From Chrysomallon squamiferum (taxonomy: Eukaryota; Animalia; Mollusca): DNA of 64,000 bases. Location of the stretch: assembly GCA_012295275.1 (NCBI GenBank), contig CM022669.1, positions 6,138,001-6,202,000 of the forward strand, read 5' to 3'. Under the pieces are notes generated by a model. It worked only from the letters and a program-made list of their open reading frames with translations. It ran no database searches and had not been told where the DNA came from. This document shows positions 1-13,524 of this stretch, piece after piece (position 1 is the first letter of the stretch; each line of letters opens with the position of its first letter). The position numbers and the translations under genes were made by a program.

Positions 1-109
1 TCTTGTCGCCATATTGGCTACACCAACAGTTCGATAAAAGTCCTTGCTGACTCTAAACAAACATTTACTATATTTCTCTTCTTTTTTTTTTTTCCTTTCT
101 TTCTTTCTT

Positions 110-174
<65 letters not shown>

Positions 175-1021
175 AAAATTTTTTTTTTTATAATAAATGT
201 TTTGTTATTTATTAACTTTTACAAACTCCGGTTAATATCTCTCCGTTTCCGATAATAACTCATCAAAAACAAAATCAAACAACACGGGAAATATCGGTCG
301 ATTCCATAATAAAATTTGCATCGGAAGTCGATTTGCGAATTTTCGGTAATCGCCGCTAGACAAAACGAACTAGCACTTCAAGAATTCACGACACATCTCT
401 CCCACTCTCTGCCGATGAGTTTCTCAGTGCTGAGAACGGCCAAATGGCCAAATGACATTTTCAAAGGGAAAAGACGGGGAAAAGTTTGTATAAAATTAAC
501 ACAGTAAAAGGTTTTTAATTCCACAAAACCATCGTTTACATTTTTAATGAAGATTCCTTTTTCAACACGAAACCAGTCTCGCTGTCGACTGGAATACGTC
601 ACACTATTCTCCATGACACCAAACCGATTGATCTGTCGCACGTTAATTAAGTAAATCTAATGAATATTAATCATTCATCGACAATTTAACTCCCGAATCC
701 TTTGAAATATATTACTGTTTACTTCTTTATACTAATACATTTTTCTTTTTACTTTTCTTCTTCTTCTTCTTCTTGTTTTCATTTTTACTTTTTAATTTTT
801 TAATGTTCTTTCTTTCTTTCTTTCTTCACTCATTCATTCATTCATTTATTTATTTATTGTTACTATAAGCAGTAGCAGCAACAACAATACCATCATCTTC
901 CTCGTTATGTTATTGTTGGGTTTTGGTTCTGCTTTTTACTGTTATTTATTTACTGATCACACCAAGAATCTCTCAAAGTGAACCTGTATATTTTTTAAAC
1001 TTAATTTTCAAATTTCTTCTT

Positions 1022-1145
<124 letters not shown>

Positions 1146-2305
1146 TTTCTCGTTCATAAACTGTCGTTAACACATATCCGTTTGTTCTTTCATTCTTTTC
1201 TCCTGTTTTTGGTTCTGTCTATGCGTACGGGCGTGAAGAGTATATTTTCTTTTTCTCTTTTATTATTCATCGTTTTCTTTAATTATAAATAGCTATCAAT
1301 CTGCTTGAAACCTTATACACTTTAAAAGTAGTGTTATAATCCTTAAAAAAAACAAAAAATGTAACAAAATCCAAATTAATATCGGATCACATCTGTTTCT
1401 CTTTCTTTTTAAAAACATCCATCACTGAAAAAAAAAAAAAAAAAAATCATTTAAAACAAATACAAGAAAGATAATGATGATATCCTACATATTTTTCTAA
1501 TCTCAACCAACATCTATCTCAGTACGTTCCTCTTTATCTCGGTTCACTTTTCTATTAATTATTATTATTTTTTTTTTTTTTTTTTGCCTTGTAAGCAGAA
1601 GAGCACTAAACTTTTTCATCTTAACACAAAGCAGTTACTAATCTTCCAAGACTGACCCATATTTTAATTCCCTCAGTCGATGAACCGGTGTTTTTAAAAA
1701 TCCCTCTCTTGTCAGTCATCATCTTCGTCTAAACTGCAGACTTCAAGTACACCGAGCTGCAATAAGACCGCATTTTCAGCCCAGCACGAAGCAAATAATC
1801 TTGTTAAAGCAATAATTAGAAAAGCAGACGCTTTGAGCCTGGCGCTAGATATTTTTTTATTGAGGATCAGATATACGGAGAGTAACTGACACTAACGAAA
1901 ACTGAATTAAGTCACTCGGATCCGGCTTTTGCTGATTGAGGCGCTGAATTAAAGGTACATGACAGCGAGAGAGTTTTGAATTTTAGGCCCTTTTGGAGCA
2001 AAGTGTTCGAAATTAAAGGCGTCAAATGGGAACAGTCGGAAATTAAAGTTATTTTGTCGATGCGTATCAAATTAAAGATATGGTGTGTATAGTGTTTGAG
2101 ATAAATCTGCTGCTCAGAGAGCATACTGAGTGGTTTGTAAGCAGTTTTTAAAAGTAGTTTGTAGACAATACGTGAAATTTAAAGCGAGCTACAGACAGAT
2201 GGATTAGATAGATTGGTAGGTGAAGAGAGACAGACTGGTAGGTACATTTGTAAACTGGCAAGCAAGCAAGAACACAATTATAGAAAGATAGATAGATAAC
2301 AACGT

Positions 2306-2480
2306 ATACATACATACATACATACATACATACATACATACATACATACATACATACATACATACATACATACATACATACATACATACATACGTACATA
2401 TGCTCATACATATATACATATATACATACATACAGACAGACAGACACACACACACACACACACAGAAACACACACATACA
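2306..2480. repeat. (TACA)n/(CA)n compound microsatellite
   Basis: Directly visible. Confidence 0.97.
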
Positions 2481-3729
2481 TATGCATATTACATGCAAAC
2501 AAACAGATAGTTAAGACAGGTACCAACCAGGAGGGGGTAGTGGGCAGACACACAGAATGCCTGGTAGGTAAGAGATACGAAAATACATAGCGAGATAGAC
2601 AGAAGAACAAGAAGACGAGAGAATGAAAAAGAAATTAAAATCTTCCATTTAATGCCGACTTAATTTGTAGGCTGATGCAAACAGACGTGTTTTTATTACA
2701 TACAGAATAAGCATCTCTGCAGACTTTGTTTAATATTCCATACCTAAATGAAATCCCATTAAAGAGATGTCATCTGCCATCGACCACACCGTAAACGATA
2801 ACATCAAATCAAATTATGAATCTGGAAATCATTTGCAGCACATTCAGTTCGTGTTATAAACTGCAAATATCATTTTCCTGAAATAGTCAAAAAAAAAAAA
2901 ATAAATAAATAAATAAAAGGAGAAGAGAGAGAAAAGAAAACACATTAAATATATTTTAATTTAAATATATCATGTTACATTTGTTTGGTATTTCTTTTTT
3001 TTTTTTTTTTTTTTTTCAGAATGTATATAAACCGAACCAATATGTCTCTAACACAGCTATGACGCATAATTAACGTTTTTTTTGTGGGGGTTTTGTTGTT
3101 TTTTTTTTTTTTTGTATTTACCTGCGTCACTCGAAAAATTCATTTGAAAAGAGAATTAATTGCCAAGATTAAAACAAACAGATTCTATTCTGAATTTGTA
3201 ACATTTGATGTTATATTTTCTTAATGTAATAAACCACGTTAATTATTACAAAATGTTTTGTTGTTATTTCTTCCTGTTTTATTTATTATTATTTTCTCTT
3301 AAAGATATATCATTAAGTTTGATTAATTTTTTCATGCAATATATTACGTATTATTTCAATATATTATTTCCATTTACAAACTTTCACGAATAATAGCAGT
3401 AAGCACTTTTAAACCTGCATTATATCAATGAGAAACATTTCACGTTTTATTAAATACCTAATATTTCACCTTTTATTCTAAACTTTAAAGTTTCACGCAC
3501 TGTTTTTTAGAATTTAGTATTTACGTATTATTTTCATGATGTAATATTTTAATACTTTCAAAAGAATATTGCACGTATTGTTTTTCAGTAATGTTCTCTT
3601 GGTATTATTTTCAATGAGTAATATTTTACTCAATATTTTCATAATGTAATAATTTCGGTGTAATATTATTTTCATGTGTATTATGCAGAGTAATACTTTC
3701 AGTCGTATATTTCATGTTTTATTTTGTAA

Positions 3730-4076
3730 ATGTAATATTCCACGTATTATTTTCAAAATGTAATATTTCACGTATTATTTTCAGATTTTATACGTATTAC
3801 TTTCCATTATATTAGTGTAATATTCCACTTATTACTTTCAAAATGTAATATTTCACGTATTATTTTCAAAATGTAATATTTCACGTATTATTTTCAAAAT
3901 GTAATATTTACATATTTTTTCAAAATGTAATATTTCACGTATTATTTTCAAAATGTAATATTTACATATTTTTTCAAAATGTAATATTTCACGTATTATT
4001 TTCAAAATGTAATATTTACATATTTTTTCAAAATGTAATATTTCACGTATTATTTCAGAGTGTGATATTTCACGTA
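3730..4076 (+). repeat. 28/26-bp minisatellite running into the GPCR exon
   Basis: Unit TTTCAAAATGTAATATTTCACGTATTAT alternates with TTTCAAAATGTAATATTTACATATTT. More degenerate copies extend back to about 3320. Confidence 0.95.
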
Positions 4077-7000
4077 GAACATCATCCAGATTACCCGTGG
4101 TTCACTCAGTGCGTGACCTTCAACTTTTTTCCAACGCCACTGCACGAGCTTGCCTACAGCCTCTTCAACGTCATCGCCGTCTACGTGTTACCGCTTGTTG
4201 TCATAACAACCGTATACGTACTCATTCTGATGAAAGTGTTAAGGAACGCTCATCGTGTGAAAGGTACGTCAGTTGTTTTAATCTTACGAGTTTATAACTA
4301 GCAAGCTTTAATCTAATATTATAATACACGACTAAGGAACAAAAGGATATAGGATCAACCCGGCTCGGTGTTCACGTGTGTTCTGTGTCCTGTCTGAACC
4401 AGCGTACCTCATCTGGTTTATCAAAGGCTGCAGTATGTGTTTAACTACCTAAGGGAAGGTGTTTGGAGAACAAATATTTTGCTGCTAAACGAAAAACAGT
4501 AGCTGATATTAAAAAGGTGGTCATGCTCTTTCACAGAAAGAACTAGTTCGAGAAATAGTGACATATTCATGCCGTTAAACAATTTATTCATTATATAAAA
4601 AGGGAGATACATTTTAATTAACCAGTTATCAAACATCGCATGGAAAGGAAAACACACACCCACCCACACCCTCATCATCTATCAGGAGGAGGTAAGATCC
4701 AGTGGCTCATTGTTCGTCCTTCAGGTTGAACATGATTACTCTCCGCACTTGTCATTATCTGAGAACAGACCTAAGGAACAAAGTCAACGCCCGAGCATTT
4801 TGTCTAGAAGCGGTCAGATTTCAAAAACAAGAAAAGCTACGATTTAAAAGCAAGGATAAGTTACATGTTTTCAAGGTTAGTGGTCAGAAACAAAAACGAG
4901 GTAAATGAATACAGACACAAACTGAAATCAAACTCAGGATCGTCGACGTATTTTGAATCGAGATGGCATTACAAAATAATTACAAAATAATAATAATAAT
5001 AAAAGACTGAAACCATAAGTTATATATCATTTTTAATACTTCTAAACACAATACATGTTTCTGAATAACTTAATTATGACCATGTCATCGAAACAGTATT
5101 AAATTCTGATCAACCTCAGCTTTCGAACTGCCTTTAAGTCACATTTATTTTCCAGCTAATAAATATCATACTAAAATAACTTTCCATCAAGTCTGTGCGT
5201 TTTCCAAGCTAAAAAGGCTAGCAATAATCTAGTTTTGCAACCGACAATAAACGTAATAGCTCTGGTTTCAATTTGTCCAGTAACACAGGTGATAAAATAT
5301 CATTACACCGGTTCTGAGGAACTTAACTTCCGTCTGATCTATTTCCAGAACCTTTGTAATTTCGATATCCATTAAATTTCGCACACCAGTCTTCGGTTTT
5401 TTGATAATGGTATTTGTAACAACACTGGACACGTCAAACGCAAGAAAATACCTAAGAGAAATCAAGCGTTTGCTAAATTAAATAACTATCGTGACTTCCT
5501 TATTCTCTGGTGAATTATGAAAATGGATTAATTAACGGCCGTAGTTTGTAGTCGAAGCCCGGGGGACAGATATCTACGTGACAAGTAAATAAGTTTAACT
5601 GATACTTAGGAACAATAAACAATCCAAGAAAACACCGTGTAGTTGTTTGGTTTGATTGTTGTTGTTGTTGTTGGGGTTTTTTGTGGGTTTTGGGGGTTTT
5701 TTTATTATTTTTTTTTTGTTTTTTGTTTGACTCTTTATATGTTAATATATGCATGTATGTGTGTTAATACACTGTTAATGCTTCGTGTGTATTTGTGTAA
5801 ATACGTGCGCAAGCGCGCGCGCTTTTATGTGTGTGATTGTTTGAATATGTAAGCGTTTAAAATATATCTCAAATTAAGAAAACGTGTTTAAAAAGTTCTG
5901 TCTTATAATTTCAGGGGAAGCGACATCAAATCTAAGGTCTTTCAAATGTTCCATTCACTCGTCAGTCGCAATTATCGACAAAGCCAAGATAAGAACTCTC
6001 AAAATGACGCTGGTTATAGGTGAGTACGTCGGGAATTCAATGAAACCAATATTTCTGTTCGATAAGGTGCTTCAGTTGTTATGATTGGCTTAAATTCATT
6101 TGGGATTTTCGTTTTTTCTACAAATGATTATTATTATTGTTTGTTGTTTTTATTTTATTTTTTTTTATTATTTTTTTTTTTTTTTTTTTAACTACTGTAT
6201 ATACAAGACGTTAACATACTACAATTTATATCTTTTTTATTATTTATATGCTCTAATTAACTTTCCTGTAAATAGCGTGTACGAATGTCTATAGAAGAAA
6301 AAGAAATAAACCCCCAACTGTCCGACGTCCTTCGAAAAACCTACTACTTTCTATACAACTAATTGTCATTTTATGTTTTACCTTCGACAGCGCTCTCGCG
6401 GAGTTTCACGCGATACTTTGATTACCGCTACAGTTGTATGTAAGAAATGATTTATAAACTGGAGGGTTTCGCCTCTGTTTCCTAATTGGCCAGCTCGCGC
6501 TCTACGCACCAGAGTGAGTTATTTTATTTTCTAATCATGAGCAGTTCGACTGCAGGAGGCGGCAACCGCTGACTATTGCGAGCGAAGATAATTAAAGTTG
6601 TAATTCCCAATGGCCAGCGCACATCGTTCCCAGCCAAACTAATTTAAGGCGGAATCAATAAATAGGTACTAATTGCACGTCTGCTTATTAAGTTCTTGGT
6701 ACCCAAAAGAATTCTTAGACAAAAAAAAAAAAATTTTGTCCTTACACCCAATAGCTTTAGCAGTAGAAATACTGTTGGTAGATGTGACAAGTATGCCGAA
6801 TAGCATCTGTATATTTTTCTATGTCCTAAAAATCATTAGCATCACAATGAGGTAGACACTGTTTACGAAACTCGGCCCTTCTGCGTGGAACAGTTCAGTG
6901 GTTGATCCTCAAAATAGACCACAGTCTGATACGTTTTCTTTGTCGCGAATTCCATTCCACTAAATTATTCATTTCTGGTCTTTCCTTTTGCCTAGTTAGC

Positions 7001-7799
7001 GTTCGGAAAATGTAGCTGTCTGAAACTGCCTTACTGAAATATTTAAGTCATAACGTGTTTTAATTTCACTTGGGAAGTAATGTGATAACGAGCTTTGAAA
7101 TGTCGCAACGAACAGTATTCATAGAGTTAATTTGTAAAGTTCACTATTTATGCACGTATTTAATTGGAATCTGGCTGTTGGCATTCAAACACTTATAACG
7201 TGGTTTTGAATATCTTACAGTAACGACTTTTTCCCATCATTTATTTATAAGTTTATTTTGTAATTTACTTAAGATTTAGGAGGAACACAGACGGTAATTC
7301 AATACAATATTATGACCTAAAATACCGTGTTGTGGTTATTTTTTGCTTACTTCATTATTTACTTAATGGATTTTTAGTTATTACGTCTGTAGAAATGGGA
7401 AACAGACACATTAAAACGCGTATAGTTAAATATTTACATATTCATTCTGTATGTGACAGACGAACTGTCTAAAATAAATAAATATAGAGAAAGGCACGTA
7501 CAATTAAATACGCTTGACAAGCACTTGTATTTACAAGTGTGCATATAGATAGATGTATGTGTGTGCTTATGTCTAGTCTGTATTTTTTATTATCTTTCAG
7601 TGGGAGCTTTTGTGATATGCTGGACACCCTATTTTGTGATGGCAGCCTACTGGTGGTTTGACAAGTAAGTTCTGTAGACTAATTTCAGTTTTTGTCTTTA
7701 GATTACCGCAACATCCTAAGAAAAGTAACAACGACAACAGCAACCTGGTGATCATTTTAAAATAAGTCTGATTATTTTTAAGACTAATGCATGAATAAA

Positions 7800-7864
<65 letters not shown>

Positions 7865-8411
7865 TGATGATGATGATGATGATAATAGTAATAATAATAA
7901 TGATAATGATGATGATGATGTTTCTCGTTAATCCTGCATTAACTCAAAACTATAAAAACCTAGCTGAAAGGAAAAAAACAAAAGGATTGTTTCTGAAAGT
8001 GCATAAAAGTCATCTTCACGGTTTAGAATGAAATGATCGAGAGGGAAATGGCATAAAGAACAATACACTCATCAAAAGCAAGACTCCGTCATTATTTGTT
8101 AATCAAATCACGCTGTTTTGACGCGATAATTTGCGATGGCGTTGCGTTGACGTCGACATCGCCGAGGTTATCGAGCGGCTTTAGAAGTAGAAATACGGTA
8201 ACGTCTCCCACTTAACCTATCATTTCTGAAAAAGTCTATTTCCGGCATGTGATGAAGTCGATTTCTCGAACCATCGACAAACTGCAAACTCCAATTAGGA
8301 AAAACTTGCTAGGAACGTGTGCAATCTACATATGATTGTTTTAAAATTGCTTAGAACATGTTATTTTTGGTTGGGTGATGAATAGCCTTGTTCGCTTTTT
8401 TCTTTTTTTTT

Positions 8412-8447
<36 letters not shown>

Positions 8448-8581
8448 ACAGAAGAAAAATAGACCATGCCATCCTTCGTTTAACTAATAAATATACAGAG
8501 ACATACGAACACACCAACTGACATACAGACAGGATTTGGTTGTTTTCCAAAATGCATTAGTGGGTTTTAGTTTTTTATTAT

Positions 8582-8622
<41 letters not shown>

Positions 8623-8876
8623 TGTCTTTGGTTATTGATAATAATAAAGAGTGAGGCTGCGGGTTCGATCTTGTTGATGAGCTAACGTGATAAATCAGAG
8701 AAAATTTCCACATCACTCTAAAGTAGCTTCATAAGTTCCCTTCGGAAGTTACGTTTGAGCGAAAAAGTTCCTCGAGTTATATATAGAGCCTATAGATAAA
8801 CCTGTTCTGACGTACATAGATCCATATTCACGTAGCGAGTCTTGGCGATTTTATGATGATGATGATGATGATGATG

Positions 8877-8921
<45 letters not shown>

Positions 8922-9207
8922 TTAATTAAACAATTATTTGTGTGATGTCTTTGTTACTAGTAGTTCTATGTTTGTTTGACGCGTTCATTTTTAGCATATT
9001 TTTGTATTTTAATTACTGTTTACCATTAACCTGTGATCATTAAATAAATATACATTCATTCATTGACAGAGAGGCTGCCAAGAAAGTTAATCCCAAAGTC
9101 CAAAGAGGCCTTTTTTTGTTTGCCGTGTCAAACGCCTGCATTGATCCCATAGTGTACGGTAAGTTGTGAGAAACGAAGACATACATGTACTCCATACCCA
9201 CATATAA

Positions 9208-9255
<48 letters not shown>

Positions 9256-10260
9256 AATTATGTAAAGAATGGTAATAATCGTGCCCGTCAGTAACCGAGA
9301 TAAATGTTGTTTTTCTTTTCTTTGATGTGTAATAAATCTGACAAACATAAAAATAAACGAGCGACTAACTGGCAACAGATTCAATGATTTCTTCTCTGAT
9401 AACTCTGAATAGATCAATCGTAAATTTGTTTTGTCTCGTCAGTGTAACAAGATTTTTTTATTGAAATAATAAGAAAGAAATAAAAACATTTAAACTGTTA
9501 TTTACTCCCCAAGTCATGACGTCAAAGTGGATAACAAAGAAAAGAAAATAATGCCTCCATGAACCATCATGAATACGTCATATTGTTATGTATATACTTT
9601 ATTATTAACAAAGACTGGTGTGTGCATACAGTAACTTGAATTATATGTGTATGTAAAATTTATGTATTATACTCTCCGATTGTTGACATTAATAGAAAAC
9701 ATTAATCACATTATTTGTTAGCATCATTAGAAACATACTTTAAGTTCGTCTATAAAGAGTGAACATATTAATCGCTAATTTGTTGTCCTCATCACTGGTA
9801 TTCCTTAAGTTTTCTTGTACGTACAGACTTCACAATTTCAAGATTTTCACGGAAGTCGGCCATTTTGATTCTCCGTAATAAGAATCGAAATAATGTGGCT
9901 GTTTCTGGTTTTATTTAAAGACAGTCTAGGGGGCAGTCAGAAAATGTGAAATAGAAAACATAGGATGTTTGCGATATAAAGTAAAACTGACAGTTCATAT
10001 ATAATACCACTGTATATATCACTGGTTTTATATTTTGATTTATAACAATAATAAAGATGGTAATAAAACTGACAGTTCATATATAATATCACTGTATATA
10101 TCATTGGTTTTATATTTTGATTTATAACAATTGGTTTTATATATTTTGATTTTATTTATAATAATAATTTTAAGAAACGGAAGGAGAGGAAGAAGAAGAA
10201 GAAGAAGAAGAAGAAAATAAAACGAGCAACAACAACAACTAATAATAATAATTAATTAAT

Positions 10261-10311
<51 letters not shown>

Positions 10312-10656
10312 ATAACAATAAATAAGTAAATAAATATATAACTGAAATGTGTGAATATTTTAATATTCTGAGTTTATTATCTCTGTTTTACAGGTATGTT
10401 TACTACAACGTTCCGACGGAAGCTAGAAAATGGACAGACGTGTTTAAATCGAAATTCTCGGGTATCGCCATGTCTACGAAAAACACCCCACAAAGACCCA
10501 ACGAAGTCTTCATATGAGTCTAACAGGTGCCATGAAATGTCGAAAATCGTACACCATCGAAAACTGTCCCATTATTATTACATTGCGCAAGCGCGAACTG
10601 TGACTCTTCTGGATATTTATGAACTTAAGGAGCTGGGGCTGATAAAAAAAAACTAA
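4059..10656 (+). CDS. GNRHR: GnRH/adipokinetic hormone (AKH/ACP)-type class A GPCR, 3' part (ECL2 to C-terminus); 5' exons presumably lie before the window
   Basis: Exons 4059-4263, 5915-6019, 7601-7664, 9070-9158 and 10394-10656 all have GT-AG ends and compatible phases. Translation includes [25 protein letters not shown] (ECL2 typical of AKH/GnRH receptors), TM5 [47 protein letters not shown] (TM6 CWxPY), WWFD, and TM7 [22 protein letters not shown] versus GnRHR orthology is not resolved. Confidence 0.9.
4350..4540 (+). mobile_element. Degenerate tRNA-derived SINE fragment (gastropod-type)
   Basis: GGATCAACCCGGCTCGGTG (B-box-like) followed by AACCAGCGTACCTCATCTGGTTTATCAAAGGCTGCAGTATGTG resembles, from memory, the core of abundant gastropod SINEs. 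Not verified by search. Confidence 0.5.
7800..7920. repeat. (AAT)n/(GAT)n compound microsatellite
   Basis: Directly visible. Confidence 0.97.
9980..10155 (+). repeat. 82-bp tandem duplication plus a partial third copy
   Basis: AACTGACAGTTCATATATAATA(C/T)CACTGTATATATCA(C/T)TGGTTTTATATTTTGATTTATAACAAT at 9985 and 10067. Confidence 0.9.
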
Positions 10657-11300
10657 AAAATCCAAAAATGAAAAGAAAGAAGGAAAAGATAACTCTATCA
10701 AGAAATAAATGTTCAGATGTTACGTGATGGAATTCGAGATGAGGCGGATTTTGAAATGATACGGTTCCAATAATTTAAGATGGCGTCGACAGTGATGGTG
10801 ATATTCCCGGAGATTTCATTGTTATAAAATAAAAACAAGAAAAACTAAACAAATTTTCAGTTTGGAAAAATATGTTCAGTGCCTAAAGGCTGTTACTGTT
10901 TTGTTGTCTTGTAAATAAATGCGTACAGAATTGTGTAACGATGATACATTACGCATGTATTACGGTCTTACTATTTTATTTATTTACCCTACAGGTATTT
11001 TTATGTTTTCAAGTTCACTGAAGAACACCATTCCAAAACAGTGTATTCCATTCTGCCATTTCAATAACGATGTCTGTTAAATAGACTCATCATATATCTG
11101 TTTACTGAATGCTATCAAAAGTATGTCAGTTTTAAATACAACATATGTACGTATGTACATATACACAGATACACACTCTAAACACAGATATACATACATA
11201 TGAATACATATATATATACACACACACACAAATACACACGTATATGCATCCAAACATATTTCATTGTTATAATAATAAATATATGTATGTATACATGTGA

Positions 11301-11332
<32 letters not shown>

Positions 11333-12672
11333 TGCTACAGGCAATTTTACGTTAATGGTAACTTAAAAACACGCAGAATACATATTCGTAACGTGGCTGA
11401 AAGTAGGTGTAAATACTTCACATTAATCATTCAAATCAATTGTTAAATGTCGCAGAATTCTATTAACTGTTCAAGGTTGACGTTCTCTCAAAGGAAAAAA
11501 AACGTGTAGACGTAAAATAAAAATATTCTCGATGGTGAGTTTAAATTTATTCTCAGTTTTATTTTTTGTGAATACTTGACTTAAATCGATTTCTTGTTAC
11601 TGTTAATTTCTTTTTGAAATATATGAATTTTTTACTCGTCGACATAAAATTAAAAATAATTATAAAACGCTGGATTGATGTAATTATTTGTTTTATTATT
11701 ATAGTTATTATTATTGCCAGTAGTAGTTGTTGTTATCGTCGTTGTAGTAGTAGTAGTAGCGGTATTTTAGTAGCAGCAGTAGTAGTAATAGTGATAGTAG
11801 CAACATTATTGCAGTAACAGCAGTATTTATCGTCATCATAAATTTAAGCACATATCATTTTCAGTATCATATCTTTAACATCGACATATTTGAAAGGGCC
11901 TGTCGGTCAAAAGGTCTATTTAGGAGATCTCCAAATTTTATCTTGCACTGTCTAGAAACATCAGTTTTGTTTTACTCCAAAATGACGTCATGTGCAAGGG
12001 TTTTAGATAATTTTACGTATGATTCAATTAGCTGTCTGTGAGATATTGAAAATATATCGAGTTTTACAGACCCCTGGACGACCCGTGTCTAAATTCGCTG
12101 CTTGCGATCACTTCAACCGCCAATTTCATCTCGACATAAAAAGGTTTCAGGTTACCGTATTGCACGTAACATCCGGGTTTTCGTGTAACAAAATTACCCA
12201 GAATTGTCTGCGCTCACGCGACTTCCGAGCTGACGTTGTTTATGGCGATATTAAATTACAGATGGTATCTGAAATGGCACTGAAGACAGCGTAACTGTAA
12301 TTCACTCTTTGACTGATGTTAACGAATCTCCGTGGAAATGTTATGATGGTCAGACATATTGACCGTGCCCAACAGCAGGTGACAAAAAGTGCATGGATTC
12401 GTCTGCCAAACAAAACATAAAATGGCCAACAAGAAAGCAAAACGTAGATAAGCCAAAATTCAGTTGTAAAAACGAAAAGAAAACAAAAAAAATTCAACGA
12501 AAATTTTGTTATCTTCATCTCCTTCTTCTTCTTTAGTAAAGTATTAATTTAAAGAATTTCCTTCTTATAAATAAACAGTTTATACTCAGTGATTTCAGAT
12601 AACAGATAACTTACCTGCAATTATTTTGGGGGAAAAGAACGATTTAAAGGTATCAAAGACCTGGTGACAAGC

Positions 12673-12675
<3 letters not shown>

Positions 12676-12758
<83 letters not shown>

Positions 12759-12789
12759 GTACGTATGTGTGTGTGTATATATATATATG

Positions 12790-12823
<34 letters not shown>

Positions 12824-12882
12824 TGTTTGTATATATGTATGTATATATGTATATCTGTGTGTGTATTTTATATGTGTGTGTA
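12676..12882. repeat. (CT)n followed by (TATG)n/(TG)n compound microsatellite
   Basis: Directly visible. Confidence 0.97.
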
Positions 12883-13524
12883 TCTCTTATTCTTCTTCGC
12901 TCTAATACTTTTCCTCTAAATCAACCGCATATAAACAAATGAGATAGAAACAAATCAGTTTACTCTGTATGGGGTGTTATTTGAAAACCAGCAGCTGCCG
13001 GGAAAAAGAAAGAAAATGCGACGGACAGGTCAGAAGAATATAAAGCCACAGACCCCCGGGGCTGGTTAGACATAATGACGGCACATACCACGTTCTGTGT
13101 TTGGAAGCGTTTCGCCTAATTTACTGAAGACAATCCCAAGAATAATTACAAATAGTTATAACTGGTTCTTTTACACACTTGTGTGCGTGTGCGTGTGTGC
13201 GTGTGTGAGTCGCTGTTAGTATTGTCAAGAGAAATGGTCAAAATACATCATAAAGTCACCACCAGTCCTTTTTGACATTTTTTTTTGCTTTTATTAAAAT
13301 TTGTTGTCCTAAAAGGAAAATTTAATCTGTGCAATATAAGATGTGTTTTGGGTTAATTTTGTATGTTGAATTAAATCTAATTTTTATAAACTTCCTAAAG
13401 AAAAAAGTCTTTGAATTTAACTGATTTTTGTTACTTTTGTTCATCGCGTATATATACGTATTGCATATATCACTGTAGAAGTTGGGAAACGACCTTTGAC
13501 GCCATTGCCATTGCGCATAAATAC

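Noticed and set aside
316-641. Possible upstream GPCR exons
   Set aside because: The ORFs here show no transmembrane-like or DRY-motif translation; the earlier exons presumably lie before the window.
3730-4058. CRISPR-like array
   Set aside because: Units are contiguous with no unique spacers, there are no cas genes, and the context is a eukaryotic intron. The same applies to the arrays at 15751-15995 and 20705-20992.
8655-8690. tRNA gene (GGTTCGATC B-box)
   Set aside because: No cloverleaf or acceptor stem can be formed; at most a SINE head remnant.
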